IMG/VR virus record: IMGVR_UViG_3300027668_000013
Coordinates: 1-64,000 of that record
Length of the DNA: 64,000 bases
Strand: one strand, 5' to 3'
From: a virus
The notes beneath the pieces are model-generated. The model was not told the origin of the DNA and searched no databases. It worked only from the letters and a program-made list of their open reading frames with translations. Position 1 is the stretch's first letter. Each line of letters starts with the position of its first letter. Positions 15,429 through 24,474 of the stretch are shown piece by piece. A program made the translations under genes and the position numbers.

Positions 15429-16085
15429 TTAATATTGTACTACTTTTTCTCTTAATGAAGAAGGTCTATTAGACTTATGATAAACAATATGAGGATGAGT
15501 TGTAAATGATTTATCTCTATCCCTATGTAATTCCATAGTCATCTGGTCAATTGGCTTATCAAACTTTTCAAGCTTTTCAATATATGCATCATAAACATTT
15601 TCGTTTATACCATATGCTTGACAACACCATGCTCCTCCTAATTTTTTTAAACATGCTGCTACCCACTCGGAAGGATGTTCGTCAAATGAGTTAAAATGTA
15701 AAAAATCCCAATTTCCTTTTTCTTTTTTAGGTAAAGAATTTAGTGCTTTTCTAAAAATACTTTGGAAATTAATATTGATCATATATGAATCATCTTCAAA
15801 TATAAATATTCTTTTATATCCTTTTGCTTTAGCGTTTTTAATAAGTTTTAAAGTTGTAAATGCTAAAGCAGCAGCGTTTTTATTCCAACCTTCAGTTTCA
15901 GTACCATTAAATACAACACGTTTATCTTTCCCAGAAATAGCAGCAACTCTGGCTGCTTTTACTCCTGTTCTTATAGCTTCTATTTTAAAATTAGCTAATC
16001 TAACTTTATCTTTTGCTAAATTTATTACATACACTTTATCAAAAAATGCATTTAATGGTGGTACTTCTTTTTCCTTCTTTTCCAT
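15429..16085 (-). CDS. Glycosyltransferase family 25-like protein
   Basis: VYVINL....R, R..AI.G, IFIFEDD, W..L.F and ..AY.I.....PID motifs of GT25. Confidence 0.82.
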   Translation of the reverse strand: MEKKEKEVPPLNAFFDKVYVINLAKDKVRLANFKIEAIRTGVKAARVAAISGKDKRVVFNGTETEGWNKNAAALAFTTLKLIKNAKAKGYKRIFIFEDDSYMININFQSIFRKALNSLPKKEKGNWDFLHFNSFDEHPSEWVAACLKKLGGAWCCQAYGINENVYDAYIEKLEKFDKPIDQMTMELHRDRDKSFTTHPHIVYHKSNRPSSLREKVVQY

Positions 16086-16115
16086 CTGTCTTTATTTTAT
16101 TCCCCTTATTAATAA

Positions 16116-18473
16116 TTATGGAAGTGGTTGTGGTCTTGGATTATTTATATCCGAATGTGCTTCAAAATTACTTCCTTGAAAAACGTGAGGTTCTGTACCA
16201 CTTGTAATAAGAACTGCTAATGGGTAACCAATACTTGTCCATGTATATGCCCCACCTTGTGGTGCATGATCAATACTATAACCTACTGATTCATTTGCTA
16301 CATCTGAACCAGTTCCTTTTACTCCATTTGGAGGAGGAAAAGTACCTGTAAAAAGACCACTACCACCAGCACCTTCGTAAGAAACAATTATATCAGTATT
16401 AGAACTACTACTACCTGGCCACCAGTGATTATTTTTTGTTACTACTCCTTCTACTGAATGAGGTCTACTCATTAAATTTGAACTTTGTGCTTTAATATAA
16501 TAAAATCCTGTTGTCATGCTTACAATAATCCCAAGTCCTTGTGATTTAGCACTGTTTGCATATTGAAGATTTATTGCTGCCATTAAACCAGCTGTTACTG
16601 TAGCTTTTGTTACTGTACCTGTTGCAGGAGTAGTATAAGTAATTGCGTAGTTAAGTACAGACTGAGTACCTACAGGCCAATTTTCAAATTCTATCGAGAA
16701 CGTAGCGTTATTTGAAACGGCAGAATCTTCAATTTCTAAAAGAAATTCTGGTTGCGTTGATTCACTAAGTCCTTTTTGTCTTACTGATACAATTTGAGAA
16801 TACCAACTTGTATAATCAATAACTTGCGTATCAGCATTAGGAGTAATAAAAGAAAAACTATTTAAAGGAAAATCCTTAAAGGTTTTATTTCGAATACCTC
16901 TACAAAAACTTGTATTCATTAAAGAAGGCCCAGAAATGTATCCTGTACCACCAGTACTTACTTGTCCAAACATTAAATTTGCACACTCATCTCCAAACAT
17001 ATTACCTCTTCCTCCGTTTATTCCATGAAATGAAATATTTGAACAAGCTATTCCGAATGTATTATATGCCATTTCAGAATATGGAGAATAATAATTACCT
17101 CCAACAAAAGAAGCATCTTGCTCTCCAATTAAATTAATTAAGTTACAACCTTGAGCAAATCTGTTATATCCACCTGAATAAATATCAATAGCTGTACAAC
17201 TTGCTCTAAAATCGTTTGCTGTAGTACTTCCTAAACTAATTGCACCACAACTATTTCCAAATACATTCTTATGAGATTGTCTAATTATAAAAACTCCTAC
17301 ATTTTTACTACCTAATTCATTAAAATTACTTTTTAAAATAATAATATCATTTGATTTCTGCTTTATTTCATTATTAGTAGAATCAATTACTAAAACTTCA
17401 TTACAATGATTTTCAATTTTATTTTCATTACTATCAAATATTAAAATTTCAGTACATTTTTTACCAATAGAAATTTCGTCAGATCGCATTACTACAACGT
17501 TAGAAGAATCTTCACCAATGGCAATGTTTCTACAAGCCAATATTGTTATTCCATTTGACCCTTTCCCAATTTCTATATTTTCACATTTATGACTTGCACC
17601 AAAGAATTGATTTCCACTACCGATTAAAACATTTGTAACTCCTTTTGCTAATTTAATTCCAGTATGAGTTGACTCAGAATTGGATTTAAGAAAACAAGGA
17701 TAAAAAGTAGGGGTTGATGATACAGTAATAGTATTACTAAATAGTTCTATAGACCCTCCATTATAAGCATAATAAGGTTGATTTTCAAATACATTACCAA
17801 TATCATTAACCAATCTAAAATTATTTTGAGCTGAATCATCTCTAACAGAAATACGAATACCCCCATTAGATGGATCTCTATACATTTCACTTCTATCAAC
17901 TGTAGTTGCCGTACTTGGAATTGAACTGTTAAGTAATTTAAATCTTGCAACAGTATAATTTCTGAAATCAAAATAAGCTTCGTTATCATTTAAGATATCA
18001 TATCTTCTAATTACAGTACCATTATCAAGAACTGCAGGTGAACCATGGCTTGCTTGAGTTTGATTATATTCTATAACATCATATGGATTGTCTTCTGAAA
18101 GAGCAAAACCACTCAACTTATTGGTAGTAGTTGCAAGAACTAAGAACTTTTCAATGATTTGAGTATATCCTGGAACTGTAGTATTTGTTAATAAACTATC
18201 AGTAATAGCATGAACATTTTCAAAATCAAATCTATACCATGTACCAGGTACTAATGTACCAGCTGCTACATGAACTCCTAATTGAGCATATGTTAAATTT
18301 ACTATGTTTGCGTTACCACCTCCAACATTGTCTCCCCATAAGGATTCAATCATGTCGCATAATGATTTTTGCAGTCCTTCTCCTGTTATTCCAAAAGTAT
18401 CATTTTTAAAAACCTTTGCTACTACAGCATTTATTAGGTCTTGTTTTACGTTATAATCAGTTCCTATTGCCAT
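16116..18473 (-). CDS. Tail fibre/spike with beta-helix repeats
   Basis: N-terminal LVPGTWYR...DVIEY...RRYD..N....DFRN module followed by many N.IG..C/S..I repeats typical of parallel beta-helices. Confidence 0.75.
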   Translation of the reverse strand: MAIGTDYNVKQDLINAVVAKVFKNDTFGITGEGLQKSLCDMIESLWGDNVGGGNANIVNLTYAQLGVHVAAGTLVPGTWYRFDFENVHAITDSLLTNTTVPGYTQIIEKFLVLATTTNKLSGFALSEDNPYDVIEYNQTQASHGSPAVLDNGTVIRRYDILNDNEAYFDFRNYTVARFKLLNSSIPSTATTVDRSEMYRDPSNGGIRISVRDDSAQNNFRLVNDIGNVFENQPYYAYNGGSIELFSNTITVSSTPTFYPCFLKSNSESTHTGIKLAKGVTNVLIGSGNQFFGASHKCENIEIGKGSNGITILACRNIAIGEDSSNVVVMRSDEISIGKKCTEILIFDSNENKIENHCNEVLVIDSTNNEIKQKSNDIIILKSNFNELGSKNVGVFIIRQSHKNVFGNSCGAISLGSTTANDFRASCTAIDIYSGGYNRFAQGCNLINLIGEQDASFVGGNYYSPYSEMAYNTFGIACSNISFHGINGGRGNMFGDECANLMFGQVSTGGTGYISGPSLMNTSFCRGIRNKTFKDFPLNSFSFITPNADTQVIDYTSWYSQIVSVRQKGLSESTQPEFLLEIEDSAVSNNATFSIEFENWPVGTQSVLNYAITYTTPATGTVTKATVTAGLMAAINLQYANSAKSQGLGIIVSMTTGFYYIKAQSSNLMSRPHSVEGVVTKNNHWWPGSSSSNTDIIVSYEGAGGSGLFTGTFPPPNGVKGTGSDVANESVGYSIDHAPQGGAYTWTSIGYPLAVLITSGTEPHVFQGSNFEAHSDINNPRPQPLP

Positions 18474-18476
18474 AAT

Positions 18477-19010
18477 CTAAGGTTTTATTTGTTTTAATAC
18501 TGAACATCCTGGTTCTACAGGTACACAAGAAGCTTTCTTTGTACCACCTGTTAAAGTAAATCCCGCACTCGTGAAATCACAGTACGAAAACTCTCCTTTG
18601 AACAATGTAGGATCTGCACAAGGTTCATTTAATTCTATTTTTAATTCTGAAGCTAATGATTTCCACTTACTTAAGTAGTTTCCACCAAGCTCATTTGATA
18701 TGCAAGGTAAGTTTTTTTGAACACAGTCTATTTTAAATTCTGAAAAAACAACACTTGAAATACAAGTCCTGTCTATTTTATTTCTTTCCATGTACGAATC
18801 TATATTCATCGCATAATGAAAAAGATATATATAATAATTGGCCGCTTTATAATTTTTTAAAGCCTTTTTAGCTTTTCCTTTTAAATCATATTTCCAAGCA
18901 GCATTTAATAATGCAGTTACTTCAGTATCTACAATTGCCCATGCTTTAATGTACTTGTTTTCAACTACATTAGCTACGGCTTTCTTACTATATGGTACAA
19001 TTAAACTCAT
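18477..19010 (-). CDS. Cys-rich virion structural protein (collar/fibre attachment candidate)
   Basis: Located in the tail block; multiple Cys; translationally coupled to the upstream gene. Confidence 0.55.
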   Translation of the reverse strand: MSLIVPYSKKAVANVVENKYIKAWAIVDTEVTALLNAAWKYDLKGKAKKALKNYKAANYYIYLFHYAMNIDSYMERNKIDRTCISSVVFSEFKIDCVQKNLPCISNELGGNYLSKWKSLASELKIELNEPCADPTLFKGEFSYCDFTSAGFTLTGGTKKASCVPVEPGCSVLKQIKP

Positions 19011-20851
19011 CAGCTACAACCACATCCACTTGAGGATGTATTTACATTAGTACTTGCAGTATTTGTAGAGTTACAATTGCAACTTCCACTCTTACTACTC
19101 CAGCTATTTACAGGCCCATTAGTGTTTGTTCCTTCTGAAAAAGAAGAATCTAAACACTTTCTTCTACTACAAAATAAAGACATTTTATTTAAAACGCTAC
19201 TAATTGAAGTTAATTCATCTAATTTTTCTTGAGACAATCCAGTATAAAAATTATTTAAAGCATATTCTTTATTCAATTTCATGAAATAAGTATAGCTCAT
19301 TAATAGTATCTGGTTAAGTTCATTGTCTTCTGGACATGGTGAACAAGGATCACCTCCTCCACAAAGTAAATCTGTTATATAACTTGTGATACATTTTTCA
19401 ACTTCACAGTGATTACTAATTATATATTTTTCTACCGTAGTACCATAAGTAGCTGTCATTACAAAAATTCCAGGATTTGTAAAAGTAATATCTGTACTTC
19501 CACCTGCTACTAAAGCACCAGAAGCTACAGATTTTGTTACACCATGTTGTTCAATATTATAAGCAACATCAGTAACACTACTCTTATTTTCTATTGTGTA
19601 TGTATTACAAGACTTGTATTTTACATTAATAAATTTACAAGTTTCAACGCAATATTCTATTGGAAACTCAGTGCCACAATCATCATCTTCAATTACAGCT
19701 TTTATTTTATATGTACCAAGCTTAAGTAGTTTAAGTGTTACAGTAGCATTTGCAAAACTTGTACTTAAAGGAAACGTATCCTGAGCTGTACCTGAAGTGT
19801 TAATTGGATCAACATCAAATCCATCTGAATCTGTTATAGTATAAACAATTTTGTGATTGTTTGCTATAGATCCCGGTCTATTTAAAGTCCAAGTTGGAGT
19901 TATTGTAATTGTTTCTCCCATAGCATAGCAACTTAAAGAAGTTGAAGCAAGGGGTTTATTTGGAGTTGTAAAACCTAAAGATAAATCAGGTCTGTATTCT
20001 GTAATACTTACATTTGTTACTTTATCTAAAATTAAATAATTTCCAATTGGTTGTTTTGTTTTATTAAAAACTGTATTTCCTTGTAAAGTAGTTGCAAAAG
20101 CTTTTAACCATTCTGAATTTTCTACAACATGTTTAACTTGGTAATTACCAGGATATATAAAATCTATCTTAGTTTTAGTTCCTGTAGAATATAAAATATT
20201 GTTTACATACCAAGAAGATTGTGAAATACTTCCTGAATTTGCTGAGTAATAATCTGCTTTAAACGAACATATGTCTAAAAAATGAAACATGTCTGGATAA
20301 ATATTAGCATATGGATGGACATTAACTTTAACAACCGAACCACCTTCTGGATCAGTACTTACACCAAAAGATTTATTTACTTTAATTTCATAATCAGATA
20401 CTATATGAGTAACTGTAGTATTACCATCATAACTTGCATTTGTTGCTCCGGCATCTTGTGTTATAGAAATAACATCTCCTACAATAAAAGAATGTTTATT
20501 AGTACTACTAAAAGATAAAAATGTTAAAGTTCCTGCACCTGTACCGTTATTATACCCATTGTCGTCAAATTTCCAAGCTACATTATTTCCTATTGGTACA
20601 ATTTCTTGTAAAACAATATCTATTGCTTTATCTGCAGAATATACATTATCAATAGTCATTGAATACGGCTGATAACCAGTTTTAGTAACTGTTATATTTA
20701 CAGCTGTTTTATTTGTAACAGCAGCCGTAAAAGTATTTACCGTACCCGTTGATGATAAAGAACCTATCGTGATACCACCTGCCGCAACGGTTAAAGCTGT
20801 TTTAGCTGAGGTAGCATAATCTGTACTTTTGACGTTTATAGTTAAATTCAT
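19010..20851 (-). CDS. Virion structural protein with Ig/PKD-like domains and Cys-rich C-terminus
   Basis: Thr-rich beta strands, ITVTKTGY, PGNYQV and LGTYKI PKD-like motifs, C-terminal CNC...GCGCS. Confidence 0.65.
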   Translation of the reverse strand: MNLTINVKSTDYATSAKTALTVAAGGITIGSLSSTGTVNTFTAAVTNKTAVNITVTKTGYQPYSMTIDNVYSADKAIDIVLQEIVPIGNNVAWKFDDNGYNNGTGAGTLTFLSFSSTNKHSFIVGDVISITQDAGATNASYDGNTTVTHIVSDYEIKVNKSFGVSTDPEGGSVVKVNVHPYANIYPDMFHFLDICSFKADYYSANSGSISQSSWYVNNILYSTGTKTKIDFIYPGNYQVKHVVENSEWLKAFATTLQGNTVFNKTKQPIGNYLILDKVTNVSITEYRPDLSLGFTTPNKPLASTSLSCYAMGETITITPTWTLNRPGSIANNHKIVYTITDSDGFDVDPINTSGTAQDTFPLSTSFANATVTLKLLKLGTYKIKAVIEDDDCGTEFPIEYCVETCKFINVKYKSCNTYTIENKSSVTDVAYNIEQHGVTKSVASGALVAGGSTDITFTNPGIFVMTATYGTTVEKYIISNHCEVEKCITSYITDLLCGGGDPCSPCPEDNELNQILLMSYTYFMKLNKEYALNNFYTGLSQEKLDELTSISSVLNKMSLFCSRRKCLDSSFSEGTNTNGPVNSWSSKSGSCNCNSTNTASTNVNTSSSGCGCS

Positions 20852-21330
20852 TGTATAAGTATTTTAATTAAAAATACAGACACAACACCAACTGCAGTAC
20901 CGTATCTAAACATTTTCCATTGTCTTTTTTCCAGTTCCCCAACCTTTTTAGTAAGATAGTCATTTTCTATGTCTATTTTAACAAGAGTTTCAGTACAATC
21001 GTCTAAACCTTCTATTAAAACAAATTTTTGCTTATTGGTACTATCAATTTCTGCTTGTAAATTTTCTTCAATTAAATCATTTATAATGTTAAGAGAATCC
21101 AATTTTCTCTGTACGTTTGGAAGATCACGTTTAATTTTCTCTAAATTCTTTTTATAAAGATAAAATTCAGTAAACTTCTCAGGACTCATTTGAATCTTCT
21201 GACAAGATGAGTCAACCTGTACAATAGAGACAGAATCTTTATCGCATTGACCAAATGTACTAAAAGTTGTTAATAGTAGCAAAACTATTACCTTATAGTA
21301 TCCTTTACTCCGTGTGTATCTTTTATCCAT
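20848..21330 (-). CDS. Spanin-like lysis protein (signal peptide, coiled coil, C-terminal TM)
   Basis: VIVLLLLTTFSTFGQC signal, coiled-coil middle, C-terminal GTAVGVVSVFLIKILI; overlaps the upstream gene of the lysis cassette. Confidence 0.55.
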   Translation of the reverse strand: MDKRYTRSKGYYKVIVLLLLTTFSTFGQCDKDSVSIVQVDSSCQKIQMSPEKFTEFYLYKKNLEKIKRDLPNVQRKLDSLNIINDLIEENLQAEIDSTNKQKFVLIEGLDDCTETLVKIDIENDYLTKKVGELEKRQWKMFRYGTAVGVVSVFLIKILIQ

Positions 21331-21626
21331 GATAATGCTTCAATTACATCTTTATGTGTAACGGTTATTTTTGTATGACCTTTAATTATATTAATTGCAG
21401 AGTCCAATTCGTTATCAATTGTATTCTGAACTAATATTAAAGAATCTCTTTCAATTTGCAATTTTCGAATTGCGATTGAATCTTGAAAAATGATACTATC
21501 ACGGAAAACCTGTCTTTTTTCAAAAAGAATTAGTTTGCTTTCATATGTATCTTCAACAACAACTTTAGTAAATAAGTTACTTAAACACAAAGCTAAAACA
21601 AATGAAATTATGATTTTATACGTCAT
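21288..21626 (-). CDS. i-spanin-like protein
   Basis: N-terminal TM IIISFVLALCLSNLF followed by a coiled coil; follows the holin candidates. Confidence 0.55.
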   Translation of the reverse strand: MTYKIIISFVLALCLSNLFTKVVVEDTYESKLILFEKRQVFRDSIIFQDSIAIRKLQIERDSLILVQNTIDNELDSAINIIKGHTKITVTHKDVIEALSWIKDTHGVKDTIR

Positions 21627-21828
21627 TTTCTTTTTTCTTTACAGAAGGTTTAACCGTTTCAGCTCCTAAGTAAGTCATTATTGGCGCGTTTATAAAAGCA
21701 AGTCCAGCACCAAGAGATGCAAGATCAGAACCTTTATACATACCGTACCAAAAAAGTAAAACATTTACCATAAATGCAAAGACAGTTATTTTCAGTCTTT
21801 TACTCACTGGCATCTTCATCTTTTCCAT
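21616..21828 (-). CDS. Holin-like membrane protein (2 TM)
   Basis: Two hydrophobic segments and a charged C-terminus KKKENDV; lysis cassette context. Confidence 0.6.
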   Translation of the reverse strand: MEKMKMPVSKRLKITVFAFMVNVLLFWYGMYKGSDLASLGAGLAFINAPIMTYLGAETVKPSVKKKENDV

Positions 21829-22018
21829 TTAATTTCTTTTTATCAAGTTTTGCAAATATTTTCTTCAACCATCGGTTTACTAAAAAACCTACAACACCAC
21901 CTACTATCGCTCCTATTGTAGACAATAATATTGTATGCATTGCTACCTCTACAAATCCAGCAGCACCAATGCTACCGAAAATTGCTCCCACCATGTTATT
22001 TGATCCTTGATCGTTCAT
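21800..22018 (-). CDS. Holin/antiholin-like membrane protein (start revised to 22018)
   Basis: ATG 1 nt after the endolysin stop; Gly-rich TM segments GAIVGGVVGFLV and basic tail. Confidence 0.6.
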   Translation of the reverse strand: MNDQGSNNMVGAIFGSIGAAGFVEVAMHTILLSTIGAIVGGVVGFLVNRWLKKIFAKLDKKKLNGKDEDASE

Positions 22019-22019
22019 T

Positions 22020-22748
22020 TTAAAAATCTTTTTCTTCGAGTAATGTATAAGTGAAGTTTTCACCTTGACCGTGTTTTGTTTGTAATTCACAAAGAGTAAT
22101 TAAACGAAGAAAAAGATCCGGACTTTGAATAACTTGACATCCTGCTGAATACCTGCCAATATTCAATAAGTTTTTCCACTTAGACGCACGATGTATGTTA
22201 GTTTTAGAATTAGATATTTCAAACTTATCACTATTGTGATCTGTTGTCATATCTTCATATAGATTAAAATCTAATTCAGAATCTTTAGAATTGTCACGAA
22301 CATAAGTCATAGGTTTAACTTGTTCGAGTGCCTTATAAGCTGTCTTTGGTCTACTTCGACCATGAATACCTATTCGATAAGCTCCTCTGTATTGGCCAGG
22401 TACAATAATGATAGTTCCTTTTTTGTTCATTGGGTTTAAAAGCCAATGTTTACCAGGATCTGTAGTACATGGAAATACTTCGTGACATTCTTCTCCTTTT
22501 TCGTCTTTAAATAAAACATGAATTTCATCATCAAACTTATCAGATTGGCTATTGTTAGATCGTATTCCTATAATATTTAAATTATAGCTCCCCTTACTAA
22601 AAAACTTATAGCCTTTTCCTTTAACGGTCTTAATAATACTCTTAGATGATATATATTTTTTCATGTTATAATTATTATAAATTCTATATTTTTTTACTTT
22701 AGCATACAATAAAATAAGTATTATCATAATGATAGGAAAAGATAACAT
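22020..22748 (-). CDS. Endolysin, YkuD/L,D-transpeptidase-like fold
   Basis: NIIGIR, FDD, TTDPG, GQY and NIH.....SAGCQV (His...SxGC catalytic motif); adjacent to holin candidates; alternative start at 22664. Confidence 0.75.
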   Translation of the reverse strand: MLSFPIIMIILILLYAKVKKYRIYNNYNMKKYISSKSIIKTVKGKGYKFFSKGSYNLNIIGIRSNNSQSDKFDDEIHVLFKDEKGEECHEVFPCTTDPGKHWLLNPMNKKGTIIIVPGQYRGAYRIGIHGRSRPKTAYKALEQVKPMTYVRDNSKDSELDFNLYEDMTTDHNSDKFEISNSKTNIHRASKWKNLLNIGRYSAGCQVIQSPDLFLRLITLCELQTKHGQGENFTYTLLEEKDF

Positions 22749-22749
22749 A

Positions 22750-23145
22750 TTAATCTAAATAAGTTACTTCTACATCTCCTACATTTGGAAAAAACTCTTC
22801 AATTATTTGTTTTCCATAATTACTCATCATATAATGTAAAGCCTTTAAACCTGTTTTACCCCCTTCAGAATAAATATACTTATCAGATTTATCTTCTTTT
22901 TCCATTTCAAAGTCTTGGCCCATAATGTTTTTTTCTGAACCTTCAATACTTAACTTAACAGCATTCTCTGCTTTCCATTCAGTAGACTCTCCGTAACACC
23001 AATTAAAAGGTATGTTAAAAGTTTGAAGAGTTTCTCTTCCTGTACCAATATTCCCAGGACAAGATATTTTTCTTATACCTGCTGCGTAAATATCAAGACC
23101 TCCTGCTTTTACTCCGCTATTTTCTGTTAAAGTTATTGTTATCAT
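22750..23145 (-). CDS. Hypothetical protein (tail fibre region)
   Basis: Tightly packed ORF; no motif recognised. Confidence 0.65.
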   Translation of the reverse strand: MITITLTENSGVKAGGLDIYAAGIRKISCPGNIGTGRETLQTFNIPFNWCYGESTEWKAENAVKLSIEGSEKNIMGQDFEMEKEDKSDKYIYSEGGKTGLKALHYMMSNYGKQIIEEFFPNVGDVEVTYLD

Positions 23146-23157
23146 TTTTATTATTTT

Positions 23158-24171
23158 TTACATCATTAAAAAAAAATTATTATTTCCTGTAGAAGCTTCA
23201 GTAGTTACACTACCGTTTAAAGTAATATTTCTGGTTGTAGCATCAGTTGACGCTACGGTTAATGTTTCACTATTATAATCAGCTTCTGATAAACTTGTTT
23301 TAAGTCTTACATAAACTGTTCTTGGTTCTGATACAAGGTCACCCCCAGATCTACCTATTGACGCAGTTCCTCCAAACCCACTCCCACTTGATAATGATAC
23401 TTCATAATTAGTAGGTGCGGTAATAATTGCGTTTGCAGTTAAGTCATCTCCAGATACAGTAAAGGTTTGATTTGAACTTGGTCCAGAACCTTCCTCATAA
23501 GTAAATCCACTTAATGCTGTTTCTGAAACAGTAAGAGTTGGAGTTGCAGAAACTGCTGCTTTTATTTCTATAGTATTGTTAGTAAACTGCTTCCAACTTG
23601 CACTTGCAGTTACAACACAAGTAACTGTTCCTGATACTTCCTGAGTAGAAAGACCAACCCCCATTTTATTACCAATGTTTAGATTGTGTCTTTTGATTAA
23701 AGTTTGGCCCCCTATTGTCCAACTCCCTTGAGATGGGGATTGAGTACTGATACCCATTAATAACATTCTTGATCCAGCAGTTACTCCAGTTCTGTTTCTT
23801 GAGTGAGGTGTGTTTGCTACATCGTTATTTCCAACAACTCCACCATCAGAAGACGCTCCTGTAAATGAATAAACATGAGTTCCAATTGGATTCCAAGTTC
23901 CAGCAGTCATGGTTATTTTAACTTGATTTGTTCCAGTTGCTGGGTTGGCTAAAACAAAAAACCCATACTTATTAGTAGATCCGTTGTGATACAATCTTGA
24001 TGTTAAAGTAACATTATTGTATTTGATGTTGCTTATCTGGTTAGATTTATTATGAGCAATAGCAATAACAAGAAATCTATCATCACCTGTATTTTGGCTA
24101 TGATTAAATGTAACAGTAGTTCCTCCCGGATTTGTTACATTAGTTGTTTTTGTTCCTGCTGCTATCGCCAT
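23158..24171 (-). CDS. Putative receptor-binding/fibre-associated protein with C-terminal Ig-like domain
   Basis: Thr/Ser/Gly-rich beta protein; PTLTVSETALSGF...GPS..QTFTVSG..L...TVYVRL Ig-like module; ends NNNFFLMM. Confidence 0.65.
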   Translation of the reverse strand: MAIAAGTKTTNVTNPGGTTVTFNHSQNTGDDRFLVIAIAHNKSNQISNIKYNNVTLTSRLYHNGSTNKYGFFVLANPATGTNQVKITMTAGTWNPIGTHVYSFTGASSDGGVVGNNDVANTPHSRNRTGVTAGSRMLLMGISTQSPSQGSWTIGGQTLIKRHNLNIGNKMGVGLSTQEVSGTVTCVVTASASWKQFTNNTIEIKAAVSATPTLTVSETALSGFTYEEGSGPSSNQTFTVSGDDLTANAIITAPTNYEVSLSSGSGFGGTASIGRSGGDLVSEPRTVYVRLKTSLSEADYNSETLTVASTDATTRNITLNGSVTTEASTGNNNFFLMM

Positions 24172-24172
24172 A

Positions 24173-24463
24173 CTAAAGTTGGTTTATGTTTGTTACCTCA
24201 ACACCTTTTAATTCACCAGAATCATAAACTTCTGTTCTTGCTTCATAAACATGTTCAACGTTATTATCGGTAAAAAATGTTGAAATATCAAGAGTTTCCA
24301 TTTCCAAAGCAACTCTATTATCTTCAATAAAAGTTCCTAAAGTATTATCATATAAATTATTTATTTCTTCTTGTAAAGAAATATCTGTAGTAAAAGCATG
24401 CTCAGAAAACTTTAATTCTCCAGGTATGTCACTTAACTCTATTTTACTTATAACTATATACAT
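24173..24463 (-). CDS. Hypothetical acidic protein (possible fibre chaperone)
   Basis: Small ORF between fibre genes. Confidence 0.6.
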   Translation of the reverse strand: MYIVISKIELSDIPGELKFSEHAFTTDISLQEEINNLYDNTLGTFIEDNRVALEMETLDISTFFTDNNVEHVYEARTEVYDSGELKGVEVTNINQL

Positions 24464-24474
24464 TAGTCTTCATT

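Noticed and set aside
22019-22090. N-terminal extension of ORF 21800..22090
   Set aside because: It overlaps the endolysin 3' end; ATG 22018 is coupled to the endolysin stop.
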